Under the pieces are notes generated by a model. The model saw only the letters and a list, made by a program, of their open reading frames with translations. It ran no database searches and had not been told where the DNA came from. Shown here piece by piece: positions 36,101 through 48,100 of a DNA stretch of 64,000 bases; position 1 is the first letter of the stretch; every line of letters starts with the position of its first letter. The position numbers and the translations under genes were made by a program. The stretch is taken from NCBI GenBank assembly GCA_977016875.1, contig CDRNST010000263.1, positions 1,488,001-1,552,000 on the forward strand, given 5' to 3'. Source of the stretch: Pavona decussata (taxonomy: Eukaryota).

Positions 36101-39100
36101 CTGAACTCACCCAGCGGTTTCATTAAGAAGACTTGTTAGTGAGTTATAAGAATCCTCCACGTCAAAACTGCAACAAACAGAGAAGACTTGTTTAAAGTAA
36201 CAAAAAATAGAAACGAATTGATTAACAGTTAAAGAATTTCACCCATAGACTTGAAAGTTCTTAGACATAATCATGATAAACAGCACCACAGGAAAGTACT
36301 GCTCAGTAGCTTTCATTTAAATGCTCACACTTTAGGATTTCATCCACAGACTCAAAAGTTAGAATCACCTTGTACAGCATAATAAACAGCACCACAGGAA
36401 AGTACTGCTCAGTAGCTTTCATTTGAATGCTCACACTTTAGGATTTCATCACAGACTCAAAAGTTAGAATCACCTTGTGCAGCATAATAAACAGCACCAC
36501 AGGCAAGTACTGCTCAGTAGCTTTCATTTGAATGCCCACACTTTAGGATTTCATCCACAGACTCAAACCTTCGAGCTTCCTTGCACAGCATAATGAACAG
36601 CACTATAGGAAACTACTGCCCAGTAGCTTTAATTTGGTTGATAATACCGTTAGGATTTCACTGATCCATATACCCAAAAGCTACAAATGCATTTTTGACA
36701 TTTCGTTTATCATTTGATGAATTACCCAACGTTTGCCTGTTCCTTTCTGTATGCTTCATAAACTTCCAAACTTCGGCTTAGTAGAACATCCCGGGAAACG
36801 AACAACTGAAAATAAAATACAACAACGTAAAATTTCGTATACCCTTTCAAGGATTTTCCAACTGTTTTTCGTAATCTGTAAATCATAACATGACACTTCT
36901 ACACCACAGTTTGTGATGGTGCAGTGGTGAAATAGTTTTCTACAGCCTGTCAAACATCAATATGAGGTAGGCGTCTCCAGACCTGGTTTCCATTGTCATA
37001 GTGTGTGTGCTCTTTTGTTAAGACAACTGACCCCTCTCCAGTGTACACACTTTACTTTGTTTTTGGAATTGTTAGGGACTTGAGCAAATTGACAAATCCT
37101 GGGGGTTAACCACGCAATAGACTAGCATCCGATTCAAAGTAGCCTCCCAAGGAGCCGTTATTACGGTCGTCACGCAACGCTTCTGGCGTTATGTTGCGTG
37201 ACGACCCTAATAAGGACTGCGTGGGAGACTAGATTCAAAGCGGAGCAATAACACTATTCTGCATAATGCAAAATAGGCCTTTTCCCGGCCGCCGACGCCA
37301 TCTTGAAACATGGCAAAAAGTACATTCAATGTAAGGTGTTTCTGCCGACTTTAAACATCTGTAAGTACACTAGAATCTGATTAGGAATTTTACAAGGAGT
37401 TTGTCCTAAGGATAATTGGTCAATTAAGGACGGTGCCTACTAATAAAGAAGTATTTTTGTTTGGTTTATGACTATGCAGAGAAAGCAGATCTTAGCAAGG
37501 GCTATTCCGGGGAGAAATTCAAAAAGACATTTGGGGGTAACCAATCACTTCTTTAGAGATAATTAAGCAACAATTATTCTAAAAAACAGTAAAATACGAA
37601 GAAATGTATGGAGTTTTGTTCAAAATTGAAGCTTTTTATCTCTGAAAAATGCATCGTTACCCCAAATTTTCTTTTTAAAGACCAAGAGCACTTGCTGAGT
37701 TCTGCTTTCCCCGCATAATATCCCTGTATTAGTAGGCACCACCCACAGGAAACTCTAGTTGAGTATCTCGAGATGCGCAGAACGTATGCACAGTAACAAA
37801 ATTAGGCACCGTACTTAAAACTTCATAAAAACCCTCCTAATCAAAACCGTAAAAAGGCCGAACTATTGTGATTTCACCAGTACAATTACGCTTCTCAGAG
37901 GACTTACTCCTTCAAGTCTTCTCAGCTCATCTAGGGAAAGCATCGCTGCAATGACGTCACTATAAGTCCCCAGGGCCCGCTCGCGGTCTCTCAGTTGCAG
38001 CAACCTCGCTGCTATCATTCTAGTTACATGCAAAAGTTTGTGAAGCTGGTTTTCCTGAAATCAAAATGAAATAAAACAAAATAAAAGGTTTAGCACAAGC
38101 TACAAAGCAACCTAAACTGAAAATCAAGAGCACAGACGTTTGAGAGCAATACTTATTGAACAGCTTTCTATTCACCGTCTAAATTTATCACTTATACCTG
38201 GTTTATCGACAGAGTTGATAACTAAAGGTAAATTGGCCACCGTTAAGAGATTCGAGTGCTGACTTTTCGAGCGTTAACGATACGCTCTGACGAAGGGCTA
38301 ACGCTCGAAAAGTCAGGACTCGAATCGCTTTAAGGTGGCCAATTTACCTTTAGTTTTCAACTCTGTTGATAAACCAAACACTTGCTTCTACTCCCCACCG
38401 ACGCATAAAAAACCGCAGTTTCTTTAAAACTACAGTAGCCCACTTCTCCATAAATTTATCACTAGCTTGTTTTGGTTTGTGTCGGTTAAAATTTAGAGAA
38501 CTTAAGAGGTTACCATGAATTATGTAGTTTTTGTCTAACTTTTGGTGCCGTAAATAAACCCTAATTAGTGATCATTCCATGAAAGCTACTGGGCAGTACG
38601 TTCCTGTGGTGCTGTTTATTAAAAGGGTTTCTTGTTTCAACAGAAGGAGCAGTACTTTACTGTGGAGCCATTGAGTTTTAAATGCTTGGGACTTTGTTCA
38701 GTTCAAATGCGGGAGTTCAACTCTGGTAAGGAAATGACCAAACTCCATTATCAAACAGCCTCCCTTGCGAGACTGACAACAAATTTGAGAATTACGCCCA
38801 CCTCGGCTTCTAACTTCAGCCAACGCTCTCCCAAGGACATTTCGGCCACTTTGATCTCCGCTTCCTTCTCAGCACTGGGGGACTGGGGAACAGACGATTG
38901 ATCCAACGAGGTTCCGTGTATCTGCCCGTCACATTCTTCATTATCCTCACCGAATGACGTGGGATCCGCCGCTAGAAGTCTCTCTTCCGTGCGATATTTT
39001 CTGATATTTTCCCTGAGTTGTTCCGAGGCGCTCATCTCTCGTCCTTTCTTCCCTGTGGAAACGACTTTGGAAGACTTTCGTTTAACTGTTGTGCGCCTTA

Positions 39101-42100
39101 ATCCACCCGGCCTTTGTGTAAGAATCTTGAGCAGTCCCCCATCGGTAGAGCTAGAAACAATACAAGAAAAATTAGAAATGGAATGAAATTAGAGAGATTT
39201 AGCATCGCGTTTACGTGAAGCGGCAAACGTCACCTTGCCGTTTCACGTTTCACGTAAAATAGCGTGAACCTTTTAAATTAGCTTTAAATTTTGCAGGTTT
39301 CGATGAACATGTTTTGCGATTCACTGTGGTGAGTTCATGAAGGAAAGTGCGGTAAGGAGTGAGTTATGAAGGAAATTTAATTTGCCCTAGAATGAATTGC
39401 CGGAAAAATTATTGGGGTGCTTGTTTTCAACAATTCACTACTTAAATGCATAAGAAAAAAAGGAAGCAATACTTACGTAGTTTTCACGTAGACGGCAAAC
39501 GCGAAATAGCCAGTTTTCACATAGAAACGCGGCAACCGGCAAACGCGAAAAACTGGCGGGAAAATCGTGGTCACGTGTTCATTTTTGCCGTTCGCATTTC
39601 ACGTATACGCGATGCTAAATCTCTCTATTACTTATTGAGTGCTAAAGTGAGAACGTCTGCGCTTAAAGTTCTCCAGGCTTGCTAGCCCTCGGCGGGATTT
39701 GAACCAACGACCTCTCGATTAGATCACCAGCGCTCTAACCAACTGAGCTACGAGCTCAGCTGGGAACAGTCAACTGGTCGTGGAAACAAAAACCTTCACA
39801 ACACAAGAGTTAACGAAATGTTCACTTACTCTGCTTCCTTCTCTGCACTTCGACCCCTGTTTTTATACCAACCTGGAAAAAATGAGAACAGAACATTCAA
39901 GAAAATTAGACGGAACTAGAATACAGGCATACATGTCAGCATACTAATGCGACTTAAAGCAATTTAGGCGAAGTTAAACTGAAGACAGTGCTGGACAACG
40001 GCTTCCACATGGCGGCTCATGTGTGCTGCGGGGTGGCCCGGTATACTAAACCTTTTAAAAGTCCAGGTCTTTTTTTGTCGCGACATTCCTTGATAGACTT
40101 GATCCACATTTCCTTGTTTTCCGGCGAAGACGCTTTCAGGATAAATATTTCAGCTCCTCCAAGTTTTCTTATCCAAACTGCCCACTTGCAAGGGTCGCTA
40201 TCCACCGACTCGGTTTGGCCAACACCTTTTGTCTGCCGAAAAATGACAAATAAACAGAGAAATTAAAGAGATTAAGAGTCGCGTTTCAGTACGGCAAGCG
40301 GCAAACGTGAGATTCGCGTTTATGTTTTCTTGACATAAAGAGTACAAAGATGAGAATAGTGCAAACTAATTCTGGCCTTTGATGCTGACGCAAAACAACT
40401 CGATTTGACAGAGAAATTGAAAACAGCAAGCGGCAAATATAGGACTGATAAACGTCGTCACGTGGTCATATCACACGTTTGCCGTTTGCCATAACCGTCA
40501 TTCTTAACCTCTCTATTAAGAATTATTAAGAATCGCGTTTACTGCAAACGTGAGTTTCTTGAAAAAATGACATGTTAATAGTGCAAAATAATTACGACCT
40601 TTTGTGCAAACATAAAAACTACTAAAATTACGGAGAAACTGAAAACAGCGAGCGGCAAATCAAGTATAAACATGGTCACGTAGTCATTTCTTACGTTTGC
40701 CGTAAAGGTAATTCTAAAGCTCTCTATATCAAGTTGCTGTTACGCCAAGCAATGTTTCCAGCAATTTGCAAAGCAACGAAGACGAGCGAATTGCAAAACA
40801 AGTCACAGAATGTATTTAACAGGCTACAACGTATCTCAAAACGTTGCAAAAGGAAGTAAAAGCAATTTTACACGAGGCATTTTTCCGCAACTAGTAACAC
40901 GATGCCAGTAAATGAATGATTGTCTTTTAGCAGCAAAACAAGACTAAATTTGGAGCAACAAAACGGCCATAATCGCAGTTACAGCCACCTTACGCCTATT
41001 CTCAATTTGCCTCAAATTTATATATAGAATTTGAATCTAAATTAACATGTCAACTTACCTACAGAAACGTCTGTATATTATTAGCTAATGAACATGCAAT
41101 AAATTCCATATCTACCTTCATGCTATGTATATATTTGTAGGCCGGGAGCCCTCCTTCTCTTGTCATTGGTTCGCTGAAAATAATTATTTTCTCAAACAGA
41201 AAAACTCTCCTCTCTTTTCCTTTTGTCAGTTTCGCTTTTCCATCAACAACCAGAAACTCATCCTGAGAGTAAACAAAGAAAAATTATTAGTGAAAGGAGC
41301 ATCAATGACTGTAGACTGCTTCATTGAACTATTTTATGCGTTAGACTGCAAAAAAGTAGTCGAATTTAACCTACCCTCTACCGTTTGCCGCCATATTTAA
41401 TTAAATGTTAGAGAATGGAGAGAATGACAAGTTTAAGACGCAAAGCGTAAGTGCAGGGCGATTTTTCATGTGCCAGGTCTGTTGCGCTTTTGTGTTATCA
41501 AGTTTGTCGCGTTGTTGTTCGATATTAAGTTTATACTAAGGTCGGTTACTGAATGAGATCTCTGTTGTGTTCATTGAGACGCAACTGAAAGGAATTGCTT
41601 TGGCACATCGGCCACTACAAGTCAATCAGATTTGCATTCTTAAAGGGACACTGTCACAGCGCTTTTGCTATATTTTCGTCGAAATGGCTAACATATTTGA
41701 CAAAGAACCTTTTTTCTAACATGAAATTGCTGTTAGAGCACCGAGAAGGAAATATCAAGGTATTTATCCAGGGAAGAACAAACTATAAGCAGTTTTTGAC
41801 GACTTCTCTACAATACACAGGAGGAACTTGAAAAAACTGGCCAATTTTTTCAAGTTGCAATCCATTTCCATCCTCGCCATCCCCAGCAAAAGATAATTAA
41901 CTCTTTGTTGAGATACACACCTTTTCTTTACCTTTTCTTTTTTTTCTTTTTTTTTTTTTTTCTTCTTTAAAAAAAAAAATTTAATTGGAAATTTCAATCA
42001 GTACCCTTAACTTCTATGGTTTATCCAATAGTTCTAGGAAGCCTATAGTTAATAAGCCCCCGGCTTCTATATAGGCTTCCTAGCCTTTAACACATTTAAT

Positions 42101-45100
42101 ATTGTAAATAGTCAAGTATGAATATTGTAATTTCAATCAGTACCCTTAACTTCTATGGTTTATCCAATAGTTCTAGGAAGCCTATAGTTAATAAGCCCCC
42201 GGCTTCTATATAGGCTTCCTAGCCTTTAACACATTTAATATTGTAAATAGTCAAGTATGAATATTGTAATAGTAAGAATATTGTGCGTCGTCTATAATGT
42301 ATTTATGTTGTATTTTTTTGTTAATGGCAAATAAAATTGAATTGAATTGAATTGAAAAAAAAAAAAAAAAATTAATACTAGTTTCTGTGCATTATTGGGG
42401 TTGTTGTAAACAAAACTGAACCATTATTTTGACGATTTCATCGATTCAAGTATGTTTTTTGGCTATTCAAAGTGACACAAAAAATCGGTGACACTGCCCC
42501 TTTAAATGGCTGAATAAAACTCCCACTAAGACTATGAAAAAAGTTAACGTCTTCTATATCGAATGCACACAAATTTTCCTTTATCTTTTTTCATGTTTTT
42601 GTAGCTCTAATAACCATACCATGATAAAAAAGGACAGTACGTTTATTCCATGAGAGCACGATTTTCAATAAGTTTGCACAGGTGCGACAGTAGATCAAAT
42701 ATTATTTGCTGAACTGCAAATTGGATCCTCCTCTTAAGTTATTTAACAGTGACAATGTCGCTAAAACAACTCTCCTGCTCTGTCATCTTCCCGCATCTTC
42801 CTGTCAATTACGGTTTATAGAAACATTATTTAATAGTGTGAATGAATATTCTTGTGGCGTTGGTTGTCTTGTGGTTCCGTGGTATACGGACTTACAACAA
42901 ATAGATTTTTCTACTGAATTGTAATTTTTTAATAATTAATACATTCTCGAAGAACTTGCCCTGAATTTCAGTTCAATTCTTTTTAACTTTCTTTTGACAA
43001 AACCAGATGCTTCTTAAAAAAATTCATAAGACAGATTAAAGTTTAATGCAAATAGTCATTATAAAAACTTGGCAAAGCAACGGCACAAATTCACTTCGTT
43101 TTGCATGGCATCAACATGGCGTTTACAAACTTAACTGAAGTTCCAAAGAAAACGTTTTTCGAAGACCTGCCGTGTTCAACAGAATTTAATAGAGGAGTCC
43201 ACAACTATTTGGTGGTCCTTTTAGCGCTAAACGGTTTTGTGGCCATTACTGCATTTCTGGGGAATACTCTGATCCTCGTTGCCCTTCACAAGGAGTCTTC
43301 ACTTCACGCGCCATCCAAACTTTTGTTCCGCAACTTAGCGATAACTGATCTTTGTGTTGGTCTCATCGTAGAACCTATTTGTGTAACTTATCTTATATTG
43401 TCACTGAAAGAACGATGGAATATTTGCCGCTACGCATTTGCTATTTTCAGTACCACAGCCCTTACTTTAGGTCCTATTTCTTTGTTTACACTGACTACAA
43501 TAAGCGTGGACAGACTCCTCGCTCTGCTATTGGGACTCAGATACAGACAAATTGTAACTTTGAAGCGAATATATCGAATTGTAGTTGTCTTTTGGGTTGT
43601 CTCCTTTACCGGAGCGACAACGTTGTTTTGGATTGAACATATAACCGCGTGGTATGGTTGCGTGGTTGTAGCACTTTGCATAGTCACGTCAATCTTCTCT
43701 TACACGAAAATTTTCCTTACTCTACGCCAAAACCAAATACAAGCACAAGGCAACGTTCACCAAGGACAACCAAGCCAACCAGTTCAACTGAAGACAGCGC
43801 GTTACAAAAGAACAGTGTCCAGCGCACTTTGGGTGCAGGTAGCGTTAGTGGTTTGTCATCTACCATGTACTATCGTGACAATTTTGCACCTTCAGAGAGG
43901 AGTCACGTCAAACCTTTACGTCGCTTGGTTTTATTCTGCAAATTTGGCTCTCTTAAACTCGTCATTAAACCCAATTCTTTACTGTTGGAAGATCAGAGAA
44001 GTGAGACAAGCGGTGAAGGACACACTCACTGGACTTTTTTGTCGATCGGGTTAATTATTACAATAATATTTTAATGTTTGATGCTTCTATCAAAGCATGG
44101 CAGAAACTAAAACTTAGTACTCTTCTTTTTAAACTGGACTTTGTGAATGTTGTCTAAAAATAGAATAACCATAACCATACCATGGCAAAAAAAAAGACAG
44201 TACGTTTATTCCTTGAGAGCACGATTTTCAATAAGTTTGCACAGGTGCGACAGTAGATAAAATATTATTTGCTGAACTGCAAATTGGATGTTCCTCTTTA
44301 GTTATTTAACAGTGATAAAATTAAACAAATCTCCTGCTCTGTCATCTTCCCGCATCCTCCTGTCAATTATCGTTTACAGAAACATATTTTAATAGTGTAA
44401 ATATTCTTGTGGCGTTGGTTGTCTTGTGGTTCCGTGGTATACGGACTTACAACAAATAGATTTTTCTACTGAATTGTAATTTTTTAATAATTAATACATT
44501 TTAGAAGAACTTGCCCTGAACTTCAGTTCAATTCTTTTTAACTTCCTTCTGATAAAACCAGATGCTTCTTAAACAAATTTGTAAGATAGATTAAAGTTTA
44601 ATCCAAATAGTCATTATAAAAACTTGGCAAAGCAACGACACAAATTCACTTCGTTTTGCATGGCATTAACATGGCGTTTACAAACGTAACTAAAATTCCA
44701 AAGAAAACGTTATTCGAAGACCTGGCGTGTTCAACAGAATTTAATAGAGAAGTCCACAACCATTTGAAAATCCTTTTAGCGCTAAACGGTTTTGTGGCCA
44801 TTACTGCATTTCTGGGGAATACTCTGATCCTCGTTGCTCTTCACAAGGAGTCTTCACTTCACGCGCCGTCCAAACTCTTGTTCCGCAACTTAGCGATAAC
44901 TGATCTTTGTATTGGTTTCATTGTAGAACCTCTTTGTGTTACTTATCTTATATTGTCACTGAAAGAACGATGGAATATTTGTCGATACGCATTTGCTATT
45001 TTCAGTACTACTGCCCTTATGGTAGGTCCTACGTCTTTGTTTACACTGACCACAATAAGCGTGGACAGACTTCTCGCTCTGCTATTAGGACTCAGATACA

Positions 45101-48100
45101 GACAAGTTGTAACTTTGAAGCGAATATATCGAATTGTAATTGTCTTTTGGGTTGTCTCCGCTACCGGAGCGACAACGTTGTTTTGGATTGAACATATAAC
45201 GTCGTGGTATATTTGCGTGGGCGTAGGACTTTGTTTAGTCACCTCAATCTTCTCTTACACGAAAATTTTCCTTGCTCTCCGTCATAACCAGATTCAACCA
45301 CAAGGCAACGTTCACCAAGGACAACCAAGCCAACCGGTTCAACTGAACATCGCGCGTTACAAACGAACAGTGTCCAGCGCACTTTGGGTGCAGTTAGCGT
45401 TAGTGGTTTGTTATCTGCCACTTGCTATCGTGAAAGTTTTGCGCCTTCAGAGAGGAGTCACGTCAAACCTTTACGTCGCTTGGTTATATTCTGCAACTTT
45501 GGCTCACTTAAACTCGTCATTAAACCCAATTCTTTACTGTTGGAAGATCAGAGAAGTGAGACAAGCAGTAAAGGACACACTCAGTAGACTTTTTTGTTGA
45601 CTGACCGAGTTAATTATTACAATATTTTACTGTTTAATACTTATATTAAAGCATGACAGAAACTAAAGCTAAAGTACCCTTCTTTTAAAATTGGACTTAG
45701 TTAGTGTTGCATAATAGTAGAATAACCATAACCACACCATGGCAAAAAAAGACAGTACGTTTATTCCATGGGAGCACGATTTTCAATAAGTTTGCACAGG
45801 TGCGACAGTAGATAACATATTATTGGCTGAACTGCAAATTGGATCTTCCTCTTTAGTTGTTTAACAGTGAAAATGTCGCTTAAACAACTGTTCGGCTCTG
45901 TCACCTTCCCGCATTTTCCTGTCAATTACCGTTCATAGAAACATATTTTAATAGTGTGAATGAATATTCTTGTGGCGTTGGTTGTCTTGTGGTTCCGTAT
46001 TATACGGACCTACAACAAATAGATTTTTCCACTGAATTGTTATTTTGGAAAATTAATACATTCTTGAAGAACTTGCCCTGAATTTCAGTTCAATTCTTTT
46101 TAGCTTTCTTTTGACAAAACTAGATGCTTCTTCAAAAAATTCATAAGATAGATTAAAGTTTAATGCAAATAGTCATTATAAAAACTTGGCAAAGCAACGA
46201 CACAAATTCAGTTCGTTTTACATGGTATTAACATGGCGCTTAAAAACTTTACTGAAGTTTCAAAGGAAACGTTATTCAAAGAGTTTGCATGTTCAACAGA
46301 ATTTAATAGAGGAGTCCACGACCATTTGGTAGTCCTTTTAGTGCTAAACGGTTTTGTGGCCATTACTGCATTTCTGGGGAATACTCTGATCCTCGTTGCC
46401 CTTCACAAGAAGACTTCACTTCACGCGCCATCCAAACTTTTGTTCCGCAACTTAGCGACAACTGATCTTTGTGTTGGTCTCATTGTAGAACCTCTTTGTG
46501 TTACTTATCTTATATTGTCACTGAAAGAACGATGGAATATTTGCCGCTACGCATTTGCTATTTTCAATACCACGGCCCTTACTTCAGGTCCTGTGTCTTT
46601 GTTTACACTGACTACAATAAGCGTGGACAGACTTCTCGCTCTGTTATTAGGACTCAGATATAGACAAGTTGTAACTTTGACGCGAATATATCGAATTGTA
46701 ATTGTCTTTTGGGTTGTCTCCACTACCGGAGCGACAACGTTGTTTTGGATTGAACATATAACCATGTGGTATGGTTGCGTGGTTGTAGCACTTTGTTTAG
46801 TCACGTCAATCTTCTCTTACACGAAAATTTTCCTTACTCTACGCCATAACCAGATTCAAGTGCAAGGCAACGTTCACCAAGGACAATCAAGCCAAACGGT
46901 TCAACTGACCATAGAGCGTTACAAAAGAACAGTGTCCAACACACTTTGGGTGCAGTTAGCGTTAGTTGTTTGTTATCTACCATTTGCTATCGTGACCGTT
47001 TTGCAGCTTCAGAGAGGAGTGACCTCAGACATTTTCGTCGCTTGGTTTTATTCTGTAAATTTAGCTCACTTAAACTCGTCATTAAACCCAATTCTTTACT
47101 GCTGGAAGATCAGAGAAGTGAGACAAGCAGTAAAGGACACACTCACTGGACTTTTTTGTTGAATGACCCGGCGAGTTAATTATAACAATATTTTACTCTT
47201 GAATGCTTCTATCAAAACATGGCAGAAACTAAAACTAAAGTATCCTTCTTTTTAAATTGGACTTTGTGAGTGTTGTATAATAGCAGAATAACCATAACCA
47301 TACCATGGCAAAAAAAGACAGTACGTTTATTCCTTGAGAGCACGATTTTCAATAAGTTTGCACAGGTGCGACAGTAGATAAAATATTATTTGCTGAACTG
47401 CAAATTGGATCCTCCTCTTTAGTTATTTAACAGTGATAATGTCGCTTAAACAACTGTTCGGCTCTGTCACCTTCCCGCATTTTCCTGTCAATTGCCGTTT
47501 ATAGAAACATAATTTAATAGTGTGAATGAATATTCTTGTGGCGTTGGTTGTCTTGTGGTTCCGTGGTATACGGACTTACAACAAATAGATTTTTTTCTAT
47601 TGAATTGTAATTTTTGAAAATTAATACATTTTCAAAGAACTTGCCCTGATCTTCAGTTCCTTTTATTTTTTTTTAGCTTCCTTCTGATAAAACCAGATGC
47701 TTCTTAAAAAATTCATAGGATAGATTAAAGTTTAATGCAAATAGTGATTATAAACACTTGGCAAAGTAGCGACACAAATTCAGTTCGTTTTGCGAGGCAT
47801 TAACATGGCGTTTACAAACTTAACTGAAAGTCCAAAGAAAACGTTATTCAAAGAGCTGGCGTGTTCAACAGAATTTAATAGAGAAGCCCACAACCATTTG
47901 ATAGTCCTTTTAGCGCTAAACGGTTTTGTGGCCATTACCGCATTTCTGGGGAATACACTGATCCTCGTTGCCCTTCACAAGGAGACTTCACTTCACCCGC
48001 CATCAAAACTTTTGTTCCGCAACTTAGCGACAACTGATCTTTGTGTTGGTCTCATTGCAGAACCTCTTTGTGTTACTTATCTTATATTGTCGCTGAAAGA

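Noticed and set aside
39684-39757. Minus-strand tRNA gene (A box TAGCTCAGTTGG, B box GGTTCAAATCC)
   Set aside because: Acceptor and anticodon stems do not pair properly; more consistent with a tRNA-derived repeat head.
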